NCBI GenBank assembly: GCA_965219995.1
Contig: CBDCOX010000002.1
Coordinates: 2,144,001 to 2,208,000 of the forward strand
Source of the DNA: Candidatus Latescibacterota bacterium
Lineage (GTDB): Bacteria; Latescibacterota; UBA2968; GCA-2709665
Direction of reading: 5' to 3'
Length of the DNA: 64,000 nt
The notes beneath the pieces were generated by a model that saw nothing but the letters and a program-made list of their open reading frames with translations, had not been told where the DNA came from and searched no databases. A program made the position numbers and the translations under genes. Positions within the stretch are counted from its first letter, which is position 1; every line of letters begins with the position of its first letter. This document shows positions 10,415-20,575 of this stretch, piece after piece.

Positions 10415-10618
10415 CCTTTTGAAATGGTGTCGGTGCGCATCCGGTTTCCGGCACCGTCAGCGCGGCGAGTGTGGTTTGCTATCCGAAAGTTGAAAGGTCG
10501 GAGGCCCGGTTTCCGGGTCCCGGCGCTGAAGCCGAATGCCCGTTCGACAGACCCCGGAAACCAGGTTGCAAATGTCGTTGACACGGGGACGCGGCCCGGC
10601 ATTCGCGTCCTGAAAACA

Positions 10619-12145
10619 CTATTCGAACCAATACGAAAAAAGGTCCGCCTGCCTGAGGTAAAACTTCAGCCGGATTTCCCTGCCCTTCAGCGCATCCATA
10701 TCGTCCCGCTCCAGCCAGGTCAGCCGGTGGGCCGCCGCGTCGCCGTCGAGCCTGGCGCACCGGACCATGGCGTATTCAGGCGCGTGATACCCGTCCCGTT
10801 CGATCGCGGTCGCCGACAGTTCCCCGCCCGCGGCATCCGCGTTCACGTAAAGCCGGCCGCCCGGACAGACGAACGGCGACGTCACCGCCCATCCGGCCTG
10901 CTCCCCGGCGCACAGACTCACAAATCCGTCTCGCCTCAGCCGTGCGAGCCCTGGAAGCTTCGTGTAGGATAACCCGTGGCTATGCAGGCCCATCCCGTAA
11001 TAGAACCAGAGTTCCTCTCCCACGGACACGGGCGAGTTGGAGGGCCAGACTATCCCGGAGTCCAGCCCGCCGGGGGTCGTATCCAGAAAAGGTACCCGCC
11101 CCTCCGACCGGCTCCAGCGAACGCCGTCCCGGCTGGTCACCAGTTCGAGGTAGCATCGCCCCAGCATTGCGGAGTGAGCCGGCCAATCGGGCAGCCGGTA
11201 CGGAAACCGTTTGGGTCGCTCTTCAGGATACCCTTCGTGCACGCACAGCAATCCAACGTACATCCCCTCGTAGAAAAAGACACCGATTGTCTGGAACTCG
11301 GTACCGGCCGGGTCGTCGCCGTCCGGAGCAAGCACCGTCTCGAGTTCCGACCATACGTTCAGATCTTCGCTCTCGCTCCGGGCAATCAGACGGACCGAAG
11401 TGCCTTCCGGATCGACGGGTCGGGTCGGACACGCTACCTGGGGCCGAAAATAGGCCACGTACCGCCCGATGTCCGCGTCCCACCCGGCCAGGCAGTTCAA
11501 TCCGTCGGAGTGTCCGATCCGGCTCGGCACGCGTATCCTTTCCGGGCGTGACCACGACACACCGTCCGGCGAAAGGCTGATGCTGGATGGATAATATAAC
11601 ATCTTGTACCTTCGAGCGTCATCTGTTTCGCGATCGTCGATGACAACGCACGGCAGACTTCCCGGCGGCTCGAACAAGACGTTGTTCTCGGCGCTTCCGT
11701 TGATTTCAACCCGCCCCAACGCCGGAAGCCGCCAATGAATCCCGTTGTGCGACTCCGCGTAGGCCACCACCGGCGTCCCGCCCCCGTACCCGAAGTCCCC
11801 GATCCCCGGTGGCTTCGTCTGATAATACATCTGGAACAACCCGGAGGTGTCGCGGACGACCGACGTGGGCGTCAGGTTGTCGTTCGGTTTCTCAACGCCG
11901 CCCTCCCGCGGAACCTGGTCCTCCTCGTACCGCACACCCTCCCTCGCGTCGTGGAACCGGTTCCCCACCAGCAACGGATTCCCCACGTATTTGACCGGGG
12001 AGTGATACTTCCGGCAGACGCGAAACGTCTCCGCGACCCCCTCGTCATCCAGAAACAGCTGGCGACTGGCGTCAACCTGCATCGGGAGTCCTCCAGGAAT
12101 CGAACCCACCGGAAAAGTCGGCCAGTCCGAGTAAATTTCGTCCAT
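10619..12145 (-). CDS. Uncharacterised glycoside-hydrolase-like beta-propeller protein
   Basis: RQLFLDD N-terminus, Asp-box-like S.DG..W repeats, LARLRRDGFVSL, C-terminal LKFYL..ADLFS beta-sandwich. Confidence 0.55.
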   Translation of the reverse strand: MDEIYSDWPTFPVGSIPGGLPMQVDASRQLFLDDEGVAETFRVCRKYHSPVKYVGNPLLVGNRFHDAREGVRYEEDQVPREGGVEKPNDNLTPTSVVRDTSGLFQMYYQTKPPGIGDFGYGGGTPVVAYAESHNGIHWRLPALGRVEINGSAENNVLFEPPGSLPCVVIDDRETDDARRYKMLYYPSSISLSPDGVSWSRPERIRVPSRIGHSDGLNCLAGWDADIGRYVAYFRPQVACPTRPVDPEGTSVRLIARSESEDLNVWSELETVLAPDGDDPAGTEFQTIGVFFYEGMYVGLLCVHEGYPEERPKRFPYRLPDWPAHSAMLGRCYLELVTSRDGVRWSRSEGRVPFLDTTPGGLDSGIVWPSNSPVSVGEELWFYYGMGLHSHGLSYTKLPGLARLRRDGFVSLCAGEQAGWAVTSPFVCPGGRLYVNADAAGGELSATAIERDGYHAPEYAMVRCARLDGDAAAHRLTWLERDDMDALKGREIRLKFYLRQADLFSYWFE

Positions 12146-12348
12146 CTGCCCGACATACAGGTAATTTGGGGTCGAAAACGAGACTTGTCAATGGGTATAG
12201 CAATCAACACAAAGAAAAAAGGGCGGGGAGATCCCGACCTTGGAAATGCCTGCCGACTTGTTTGTTGCGGCCTACAATTACCCTTACAGACAACGCGCAA
12301 CGCGACGCGAAATGAACATCACGTGCGGCGAATTTGTTTAGCGCTTGT

Positions 12349-14904
12349 TCACCCCCCGGCGCTCAGCCCGAAGACCGCGGCGAAGAGGATAAAATCCGCG
12401 AAGCTGATCTGTTGATCGCCGTTCAGGTCCAGGTTCACGTCGAAGTTCGGATCGCCGGAACTCGCGCCGAAACCGCGGGCCAGCAGCACAAAGTCCCCGA
12501 ACCCGACAGACCCATCGCGGTCGAAGTCGGCGCGCCCCGGGTCGGTCACCGGAGCATCATCGTAAACCGGTTGCCCTCGTACTGCGATCCCCCGAGGCCC
12601 GTCTTCCAGCGTGAGCGTTTTCCGTATGAATCCCGAGGCCGCGTCGAAAAACAGGAGTTCGTTCGAATCCTGGTTGGCCGCGTAAACGGTTTTTCCGTCG
12701 GCCGACACGGCGACGTCGCGCGTTTCGCGGCCGCGCGACGCCCACTTGAGAATGACGCGATTCAGTTCGGTATTGATCACCAGCACCCTGGCGTTGGTCC
12801 GGTCCGTGGCATAGAGGCGCTTCCCGTCCGGCGAGAGGGCAAGCCGGAATACGCTTGCGGATGGCTGATCGATTTCGCTGACGACCTCGTAGGTTTCGGT
12901 ATCGACAACGGAAACGCCGGCCCCGTTCCCGCTACGTCCGAACCGGGATACGTAGAGCCGGTCTCCCGAATGAGAGAGCAGCAGGGACCGCGGCGACTCA
13001 GCGACGTCGATCCGCTGGACGACCTGACCGGCTTCGAGATCCACCACCATTACCTGGTTCCCATCGATATCCGCCGCATACAGCCACTTTTCGTCCGGCC
13101 CTACGGCGATGCCGAACGGTCCTCGTGTGTTTTCCCCTTCGCCTGCGACCGGCGTGGAAATGCGTCGACGCTCTCTAAGGCTGCCCACGTCCACCACCGA
13201 CACGGTCTGATCCGCGGCATTGCTCACGTACACGCGCGACCCGTTTCGAGATATCGCGAGGTCCAGTGGTTCGCGGCCCACCCGGGTCACCAGAACTTCG
13301 TGCGTGGAAGTGTCGATGGCCATCAGCTTGTTTTCCGCGCCGTCAGTGTCGGCGCCGTTGTTGGCAACGTATACAAACCGCTCGTCGGGTGTCAGCAGAA
13401 CGCTCAATGGGTCGCCGCCCAGCGGTATCCGTGCCACCTCCCGGTCCAGGCCCGTATCAAACACGGCCAATTGCCGGGAACGGCGCAGCGCCACGTACAC
13501 GATCGGCTCTCCGGAAAGCGCGAGCACTTCGAACCGGAGCTCCGGCAGTTCCTCAGCCGGATAGACCGTCTCATTGCCCTCGCTGTCCCGCACCCGGAAC
13601 CGATAGGTAAACACCGTACCGCGTTGGCTGCCTGGAAACTCGGCGGAATAAAACCGTCCATGTTCCGGCTGTAACACCAGCGTCCGGATGGGCCCGTCGT
13701 CGGTCCGGTAGTCCACCTCCGCCAGGAAAATCGGATCCTCATCCAGAATGCGGACGTGCAGCCGGTACGGGCCGGCCGGGCTCGGCGTATTGTTCGGAAG
13801 AACGGTCGGTTGAACGTCCGGAAAGCCCGGAAGGGCGGTTCCCAGGGTAAAGTCGACCTCCGCCACGCTCCTGCCGGGGGCTACGCGAACCGCGTCGGCG
13901 ACGTCCCGAATCGCACGGTTGTCGTAATACTCCTCCGGGAAGCCGGATTCGAACTCCGTGTAGATACCGCTGAAATTCCGCGTGGTGACCGATCCGCCCA
14001 CCGGCTCGATGCCCACGTGATACTCACCCGGCGGCAGGCCCTTGATTTCGTACTCCCCGTCCCCGCCGATCCCCCGGTTTTCTCCTGCGGTACCGGAAAG
14101 GACGCCTGCGGCGAACTCACCCGTATCGGCGCGGTACGCCACCACGTGTACGCCGAATGCACCCGCGCCGTCCCGGTGTGTCACCCGGCCCGAAATCGAG
14201 CCCGTGGAAGTTCTCGCCTCGGTGGACGGATAGAGCGCCGCAATCCCGGCACGGTCGTCCGTCGTCAGGGTGCGTTCCTCTCCGAAGTAGAAGGGATACA
14301 TCGACGGACGAACGGATCGGTCTCCCCCCAGCGGAGAATGGGCAAGTCCCAGCAGGTGGCCGATCTCGTGGACCAGCACATCCTGCATATCCACCAGACC
14401 GCTCTCCTGGTCGGGATTCCCTACCGAATAGGAGTAGTCGCGCCCATTGAAGACGATATCCACGTCCGTAATGTGTCCCTGCACGTCCCAATTCATCCGT
14501 GCGAACGCGATCACTCCGCCGCCGCTGCGGTCCGGGAAGTTCCGGGCGCTCCGGTCGAAGGTAATCACGTTCCTTCCATCTGTCGACGACACTTCCAGAT
14601 CCGCAACGCCGCGGCTCCTGAACGCGGCGACTGAAATGGGAACCTCCTCCCAGGCGACGAAACTGTCCCGCACCAGGCGTTTCACATGGTCATCGAAAAA
14701 TGGAAACTGGTCGATCTCAAGCCAGAATTCGATCGCCCGGGCTTTGCCGGCCGGCCAGCGCACCGTGACAATCTGGCGCTGGCTGTTCCGGTGCATCTGG
14801 AACACGTAGGAAGACACGGGCGCCGCCACGAAGCACCCCGCCAGCGCGGACACGACAAGCCAGAAAGACAACTGTCGCGTTCTGGTCCAATAATTGCGTC
14901 TCAC
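12349..14904 (-). CDS. Secreted matrixin-family zinc metalloprotease with carboxypeptidase-regulatory-like, YVTN beta-propeller and dockerin/EF-hand-like domains
   Basis: HEIGHLLGLAH zinc motif plus Met-turn (PSMYP), repeated DG..VYV.N blades, C-terminal ADFDRDGSVGFGDF...DLNGDQQISFADF. Confidence 0.85.
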   Translation of the reverse strand: MRRNYWTRTRQLSFWLVVSALAGCFVAAPVSSYVFQMHRNSQRQIVTVRWPAGKARAIEFWLEIDQFPFFDDHVKRLVRDSFVAWEEVPISVAAFRSRGVADLEVSSTDGRNVITFDRSARNFPDRSGGGVIAFARMNWDVQGHITDVDIVFNGRDYSYSVGNPDQESGLVDMQDVLVHEIGHLLGLAHSPLGGDRSVRPSMYPFYFGEERTLTTDDRAGIAALYPSTEARTSTGSISGRVTHRDGAGAFGVHVVAYRADTGEFAAGVLSGTAGENRGIGGDGEYEIKGLPPGEYHVGIEPVGGSVTTRNFSGIYTEFESGFPEEYYDNRAIRDVADAVRVAPGRSVAEVDFTLGTALPGFPDVQPTVLPNNTPSPAGPYRLHVRILDEDPIFLAEVDYRTDDGPIRTLVLQPEHGRFYSAEFPGSQRGTVFTYRFRVRDSEGNETVYPAEELPELRFEVLALSGEPIVYVALRRSRQLAVFDTGLDREVARIPLGGDPLSVLLTPDERFVYVANNGADTDGAENKLMAIDTSTHEVLVTRVGREPLDLAISRNGSRVYVSNAADQTVSVVDVGSLRERRRISTPVAGEGENTRGPFGIAVGPDEKWLYAADIDGNQVMVVDLEAGQVVQRIDVAESPRSLLLSHSGDRLYVSRFGRSGNGAGVSVVDTETYEVVSEIDQPSASVFRLALSPDGKRLYATDRTNARVLVINTELNRVILKWASRGRETRDVAVSADGKTVYAANQDSNELLFFDAASGFIRKTLTLEDGPRGIAVRGQPVYDDAPVTDPGRADFDRDGSVGFGDFVLLARGFGASSGDPNFDVNLDLNGDQQISFADFILFAAVFGLSAGG

Positions 14905-14907
14905 GAC

Positions 14908-15300
14908 TCAGTCCTGTTGAATCAGTACGGGATCGGGCGATTCCTGATCCACGTACCACACCTCATGCCGGCCGTCCCCGTTCAGGTCCGCCCGCGCTTC
15001 CGCAACGAAAGTGGAACCCTCCACCGTTACCCGGTAACGGAAACTGCCCGGCACGTCGTTCAGTTTAAGGATCTCTCCGTTTTTTTCACTGTCAATGGGC
15101 AGATAAGTTCCGAATTCCTTCAAGTGAGCGCTTTCCAGTCGATAGATCAATTCGAGGTGCATCCGGGCGCGCGTGCGTTCGCTGTCCTCGGGAGACTGAG
15201 CCGTGAGCCGGAAGATCATCAGGCCGCAGAACAGGATCAGCAGCACGACCGGCACGAGATGCATCCCTATGGAGAGACCACGTTCCGTTGTCTCCGGCAC
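14908..15300 (-). CDS. Type IV pilin-like protein
   Basis: GTG start after GGAG. ERG|LSIGM followed by a hydrophobic helix, then A..HLELIYRLE..H...GTY, YRV...TFVAEARADLNGDG..EVWYVD, resembling short FCB-group pilins. Confidence 0.6.
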   Translation of the reverse strand: MPETTERGLSIGMHLVPVVLLILFCGLMIFRLTAQSPEDSERTRARMHLELIYRLESAHLKEFGTYLPIDSEKNGEILKLNDVPGSFRYRVTVEGSTFVAEARADLNGDGRHEVWYVDQESPDPVLIQQD

Positions 15301-15302
15301 GT

Positions 15303-17006
15303 CTAATTCTCCCTGGCGAGTCCCGACTCCGTCCGGATTTGAATGTTCAGGCTCGCCTCGACGGCCGTCTCCCACCGCGGTACGACCTCAATCGTATCCC
15401 GAAGCACGGCCATGGGTTCGGCCGGCACGAAGGGTCTGGCCACGCCATGGCTCCACGTACGGTTGCCGTCGACGTCTCCGAAGCCCAGCACCCGGTAACG
15501 CCCGGGCCGAAGGGCGTCGAGATAGTAGGAAGAATCGCCGGGCGCAACGATGGCCGCCCGCGTTGGTTCAGGCCCTGAAAGGGATTGCACCTGTACCACG
15601 ATCCGCGTTTCGGAGGGTACAACCGCACCACTGACGGCGCCCTGATCCTCCGGCGACGCAATCGTAAACCGAAACGCAATCTCGCCTTCCGCGGGGTTTC
15701 CGGAGACGTCCGACAACCTGTCCGCCTGCCCGCGGAGAACGTAGGTCTTCCCCAGGGTCCAGGCGTCGGTCGGCCGAAACGCAAACCGGTTGGGCCGCGG
15801 CCACGAAACCCGCCCTTCAGGGGCGTCCGTACTGTCGGACCTCACCCAGAACTCAGGGTTCGCAACGGGCGCCATCGCCTCGCTGAAATCGATATGCAAC
15901 ACGGTGTCTCGCGAGACATTTCGTGCTCCAACTTCAGGATGGACGCGAACCGGCGACGGCGCGCGCCGGTCGGGCTGCCCCTCGCCGTGCACCGTCGCCG
16001 TTTCGCCGGACGGGATCGCATTCCCGTAGCGGTCCGAAATCCCATCCAATTCCACCTGGTATTCCATTCCGGCGGCCTGTGGCGCGGTAACCAGCCAGAC
16101 CCGGCTGGAATCCCTCGCGTCCGGGTAGACCCCCTCGACCTCGAGGACCCCGTCGCCGCCGGAAATCCGGGGCGGCGAGGACAGATGCGCGGGTTCATCG
16201 AACCGGAGGGCGAGCCGTCTCCGATCGGGCGTTCGCGCCGAAACAAAAAGGGGCGGTACGCTGTCGCGCACCGCCATTTTCAGCAGACCCAATTGTACGC
16301 GGCGATCCCCCGACCCCAGGGAGACATCGCCCGGGGGCACCGCGAGCGATTCGCCCGGGGTATACGTCTGGTCTCGGTCACCGTCGCGGAATGCGAATAC
16401 GCGGTACCGTCCCGCCCCCAATCGAACAAACCGATAGGTTCCGTCCGCGCCGGGCTGTGTCACGTAAGCAGGAGGGTCGGCTACCGGATCGGGGTCGGCG
16501 TCTCCGGTCAGATCATACGCCCATACGAAGACCTGCCCCCTCTGCCCGCCGACCAGCAGGACGCGTCCATGGATTTCACCGCCATCCAGCCGTTCGCCGG
16601 TGGAGAACGCGAAGCTGTAGGACGCTTCCATGCGGTTGAACGACTCGTCTGAACTGGCGGCCCCCACGGACACCACGTAGGTCCGTTCCTCGCGGAGGCC
16701 TTCGTTCGGACGGATTTCAAGCTCCCGACCGCGCCATTTGAAATCCGGATCGGCGAAGAGGCGCGGAGAGATGAAAATCGCGCGCGTCACCGATCGGCGG
16801 TCCATGCGTTCGCTGAACCGGATGCGGATGCGGGTCTTCGTTCCCACGCCCACGGAATCGGCGGCCGGCATCGTGTGGACAACCCTCGGCGGGATGACGT
16901 CCTTTGGCCCGCCGGGAGGCGGCATGGGGCTGGCGCACGCCCCCGCGAAAAGCGGAGCAAGCCCGATCAGAACGCGCGCCGCCGTTTCCCGGATGGACTT
17001 TATCAA
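15303..17006 (-). CDS. Ig-like (Big_5) domain lipoprotein
   Basis: Lipobox AGA|C followed by ASPMPPPGGPKD..PP, I.FSE.M repeats and G.Y.V..F.D.D.D calcium-loop motifs. Confidence 0.8.
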   Translation of the reverse strand: MIKSIRETAARVLIGLAPLFAGACASPMPPPGGPKDVIPPRVVHTMPAADSVGVGTKTRIRIRFSERMDRRSVTRAIFISPRLFADPDFKWRGRELEIRPNEGLREERTYVVSVGAASSDESFNRMEASYSFAFSTGERLDGGEIHGRVLLVGGQRGQVFVWAYDLTGDADPDPVADPPAYVTQPGADGTYRFVRLGAGRYRVFAFRDGDRDQTYTPGESLAVPPGDVSLGSGDRRVQLGLLKMAVRDSVPPLFVSARTPDRRRLALRFDEPAHLSSPPRISGGDGVLEVEGVYPDARDSSRVWLVTAPQAAGMEYQVELDGISDRYGNAIPSGETATVHGEGQPDRRAPSPVRVHPEVGARNVSRDTVLHIDFSEAMAPVANPEFWVRSDSTDAPEGRVSWPRPNRFAFRPTDAWTLGKTYVLRGQADRLSDVSGNPAEGEIAFRFTIASPEDQGAVSGAVVPSETRIVVQVQSLSGPEPTRAAIVAPGDSSYYLDALRPGRYRVLGFGDVDGNRTWSHGVARPFVPAEPMAVLRDTIEVVPRWETAVEASLNIQIRTESGLAREN

Positions 17007-17013
17007 CGGGCAC

Positions 17014-17919
17014 CTATGCTCTCGGATGCGCCTGCCGATAGGCCTTCTTCAACCGTTCCACGCTCACGTGGGTATAAATCTGAGTGGTGGACAGGCTCGC
17101 GTGCCCGAGCATTTCTTTCACCGCATTCAGATCGGCGCCCCTGTCCAGAAGATGGGTTGCAAACGTATGCCGCAGGGTATGCGGCCCCAGACGGCCCCTG
17201 CCCGTTGCCTTTTCGAGATGCCCCACGACCCGGTCCTGGACACCGCTGGCGCTCAAAGCCCTGCCGGTACGGGTGAGGAAAAAATGCCGACGGTCCGCCT
17301 CTCGCGCATCGGCTGGCAGCAGTTCGGACCGGCGGGCGAGGTACCTGCGCAGGGCTTCCCGGGCCGGCGCACCCACAGGCACGAGCCGCTCCCTGCCGCC
17401 CTTTCCGGTCACACGCACGGTCCCGCTGTCCAGATCCAGACCATCCAACCGGATGTCCGCCAGTTCACGCAGCCGGATGCCGGAACTGTAGAACAACTCC
17501 AGAATCGCCCGGTCCCGCAGACCCAATGTCGTATCCGGCGACGGATTCTCCAGCACCCGATGCACCTCCGAAAGATCCAGATGGACCGGCAGGGTCTTTT
17601 CCTGCCGGGGCGGACGGACCTGCAGCGCCGGGTTCTTTTTCAGATGGTTCAGGCGGCATAGCCAGGCAAAAAACGTACGCAAGGACGCCAGCTTCCGTGC
17701 GATTGAACGTCTGCCGAAACCGGCGCCGTTCAGATCTCCGAGGAACGCCCGAATGTCCTCACGCGCGACCGGTCTCACGTCCGGCTGTTCAACACCCCGG
17801 CGTACCTGCATGAAAGAAACGAACCTCTCGAGGTCCGTCCGGTAGGCCCTGCAGGTGTGCGGCGACAGTCGACGCTCATTGGCGAGATGACGGAGAAATT
17901 CGGCGATCAACTGCTGCAT
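17014..17919 (-). CDS. xerC: Tyrosine recombinase XerC
   Basis: RDRAILELFYSSGIR, VTGKG, HTLRHTFATHLL, LGHASLSTTQIYTH. Sits downstream of topA, a common synteny. Confidence 0.9.
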   Translation of the reverse strand: MQQLIAEFLRHLANERRLSPHTCRAYRTDLERFVSFMQVRRGVEQPDVRPVAREDIRAFLGDLNGAGFGRRSIARKLASLRTFFAWLCRLNHLKKNPALQVRPPRQEKTLPVHLDLSEVHRVLENPSPDTTLGLRDRAILELFYSSGIRLRELADIRLDGLDLDSGTVRVTGKGGRERLVPVGAPAREALRRYLARRSELLPADAREADRRHFFLTRTGRALSASGVQDRVVGHLEKATGRGRLGPHTLRHTFATHLLDRGADLNAVKEMLGHASLSTTQIYTHVSVERLKKAYRQAHPRA

Positions 17920-18031
17920 GGTTGACGCCTTCCGCGGGGATTTCGGCATTTCCGCTGAAACTTCCTGAAACGGTCGGATGCCCGGAGGTCATCGGCTGCC
18001 GGCGTTGATTTGTGACGAGGCGGAGACGCGG

Positions 18032-20335
18032 CTACGCTTTCTCCTCTTCCGGCGCACGCATCGTATGCTTGCAACTGAGGCAACGCAGTGACTTGCGCCC
18101 GTTTCGACCGGTATGTTCCGCCAGAAAGGGTCCTTCGCACACAGGACACGGCCGGTTCAGGGGCCGGTCCCAGCTGGCGTACGTGCAATCCGGGAAGTTT
18201 CCGCAACCATAAAACGTCCTCCCCCGCCTGCTGCTGCGTTCCAGGAGCTTACCGTCGCAATCTTTCTTCGGGCAGGGCACACCGGTCGAAATTGAACGGG
18301 TATTCTTACACTTCGGGTATCCGGAGCAGGCCAGAAAACGTCCATTGCGACCTGTACGGATTGCCATATCCGAGCCGCACTTCTCGCAGGTTTCGCCGGA
18401 GGGTTCGGGTTCGGACGCTTCGAGCGGTTGCGTGTTGCGACACTCCGGAAACCCCGAACACGCCATGAATTTTCCGTTTCGCCCCCATTTGATCACCATC
18501 GTCTTGCCGCACTTCTCGCACGTCTTGTCCGTCTCTTCCTGAAGGGAGGCTTTCAGTTCTCCCCGCCGCCCTTCCGCGCGGTCGAGGTCCCTGGCGAATG
18601 GCCCGTAGAAGTCCTCCACGACCTTCACCCAGCCCACCTCGCCATTTTCGACCTGATCGAGCTCATCCTCCATCCGGGCCGTGAAGTCCACGTTAAAGAC
18701 ATCGGGAAACGCCTGAGCCAGAATACCATTCACAGTGCGGCCCAGATCCGTCGGTGTAAACCGCCCGCTCTTTTTCTCCGTATAGTCCCTGTCCTGCAGC
18801 GTACTGATGATCTGGGCATAGGTGCTGGGACGTCCGATTTCCCGCGACTCCAACTCTTTGACGAGCGTCGCCTCGGAGAACCTCGGGGGTGGCTTCGTAA
18901 AATGCTGCTCAGGAATCAGCGCCATCATGATGAGCGAGTCGCCATTCTTCAATCCATCCGGCAGCCGCGCCTCGGCCTCCGCGTTCTCTTCGTCCGTCCC
19001 TTCGGTATAAAGCGCCGTAAATCCGGCAAACTTGAGCACCGATCCGGTTGCCCGCAGTCCATACTCCCCCGCGTGAATATCTACCGTGGTCCGGTTGTAT
19101 ACTGCAGGGGCCATCTGGCACGCGATAAACCGGTCCCAGATCAGTCGATACAGTTTCGCCTGATCTGCGGTCAGTTGTGCCTGGATCATCTCCGGCGAGC
19201 GCTCCAGATCTGTGGGGCGTATCGCTTCATGTGCATCCTGGGCGCCCTTACCCGTGCGGTACGTCCTGGGCCGGTCCGGAAGATACGCCACTCCGAATCG
19301 CCGCCGGATGTAGTCCCTTGCTGAAGACACCGCCTCGCCAGCCAGCCGGGTGGAGTCGGTCCGCATATAGGTGATCAAACCGGTTGTTTCCGCCGACTCG
19401 GTCCCGTCACCCCGAACCTCAACGCCTTCGTAGAGTTGTTGGGCGACCTGCATCGTCCTGCGTGCCGTAAATCGCAGCCTGCGAGACGCCTCCTGCTGGA
19501 GGGTACTCGTAATGAAGGGCGGAGCCGGGTTGCGACGCTGTTCCCGTTTTTTTACGTCTGCGATTCGATAGCCGTATTGCCGGGGTGTATCCAAAGCGCT
19601 CCCGTCGGCAAGTCTTTCCGTGGGATCCGACGCCAATTCCCGGAGGTCGGACAGAACCGCGTCCACTTCATCCCGGTTTTTCACCTCCAGTTTTTCACCC
19701 CTCACTCGGATCAACCGCGCCTTGAACGGGACCGTATCCTCACGCCTCAACTTCACGTCGACGGTCCAGTATTCGTCCGGAACGAACACCTCGATGGCCG
19801 CCTCCCGCTCGCAAATCAGACGAAGCGCCACCGATTGGACCCGCCCGGCGCTCAGACCGCCGTGAACCGTTTTCCACAACAGCGGGCTGACCTTGTACCC
19901 GACCAGGCGGTCAAGGACCCTGCGGGCCTGCTGTGCGTCCACCTTTCTCAAGTCAATACGTGAGGGGTTGGCGACCGCATCCCTTACCGCCCGTTCCGTA
20001 ATCTCATTGAACATCACCCTCTGGGCTTCGCCGACCCGCTTCAGCGCCTCGGCCACGTGCCACGCAATGGCTTCCCCCTCGCGGTCCGGATCGGTCGCCA
20101 GAATCAACCGCGCTGCCTTCCGGGACGCTGCGCGAAGCTCTTTAACGAATTTGTTCCGGTCCCGGATGGTTCGGTACGTCGGCCTGAAACCATTCGCCAC
20201 GTCGATGCCCAGTTCCTTCTGCGGCAGATCCCTTACGTGACCCATACTGGCCATCACCTTGAAGTCTCTACCGAGTATCTTGTTGATCGTTTTCGCCTTT
20301 GCGGGCGACTCGACGACCACCAGTGCATCCGGCAT
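18032..20335 (-). CDS. topA: DNA topoisomerase I
   Basis: VESPAKAKTI, ATDPDREGEAIAWH, SAGRVQS, ITYMRTDS, C-terminal C4 zinc ribbons. Confidence 0.97.
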   Translation of the reverse strand: MPDALVVVESPAKAKTINKILGRDFKVMASMGHVRDLPQKELGIDVANGFRPTYRTIRDRNKFVKELRAASRKAARLILATDPDREGEAIAWHVAEALKRVGEAQRVMFNEITERAVRDAVANPSRIDLRKVDAQQARRVLDRLVGYKVSPLLWKTVHGGLSAGRVQSVALRLICEREAAIEVFVPDEYWTVDVKLRREDTVPFKARLIRVRGEKLEVKNRDEVDAVLSDLRELASDPTERLADGSALDTPRQYGYRIADVKKREQRRNPAPPFITSTLQQEASRRLRFTARRTMQVAQQLYEGVEVRGDGTESAETTGLITYMRTDSTRLAGEAVSSARDYIRRRFGVAYLPDRPRTYRTGKGAQDAHEAIRPTDLERSPEMIQAQLTADQAKLYRLIWDRFIACQMAPAVYNRTTVDIHAGEYGLRATGSVLKFAGFTALYTEGTDEENAEAEARLPDGLKNGDSLIMMALIPEQHFTKPPPRFSEATLVKELESREIGRPSTYAQIISTLQDRDYTEKKSGRFTPTDLGRTVNGILAQAFPDVFNVDFTARMEDELDQVENGEVGWVKVVEDFYGPFARDLDRAEGRRGELKASLQEETDKTCEKCGKTMVIKWGRNGKFMACSGFPECRNTQPLEASEPEPSGETCEKCGSDMAIRTGRNGRFLACSGYPKCKNTRSISTGVPCPKKDCDGKLLERSSRRGRTFYGCGNFPDCTYASWDRPLNRPCPVCEGPFLAEHTGRNGRKSLRCLSCKHTMRAPEEEKA

Positions 20336-20499
20336 ACAGTCTCCCAAAAGAACGAGCCACTTCGAAAGACATCATCGAGTGACTCACCACGGTTCTGACG
20401 CGTCGTCCATCGCCGGAAGATTGGCTCGCACAACTCCGGTTTCGTTGCCTCGCGATCTCCCGGGGCGCATCGATCGACAGTTGCACTGCGTCCGATTCA

Positions 20500-20528
20500 A
20501 AAATACGCGCGACCCAATCAAAAGTCAA
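20500..20528 (-). promoter_or_regulatory. Candidate sigma70 promoter of the topA operon
   Basis: Minus strand TTGACT-17 nt-TATTTT with an AT-rich UP-like tract upstream. Confidence 0.45.
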
Positions 20529-20575
20529 GGCTAAACTAATAACTTATTTTAAAACAATTATTAAGACTATAAAGC

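Noticed and set aside
17014-17919. Tyrosine recombinase as a phage or island integrase
   Set aside because: Length, motifs and topA linkage fit housekeeping XerC. No att repeats or cargo genes are evident.
20527-20554. Possible dif site near xerC (TTATTTTAAAA resembles the XerD arm)
   Set aside because: No matching XerC arm at the 6-bp spacing. Better explained as an AT-rich promoter UP element.
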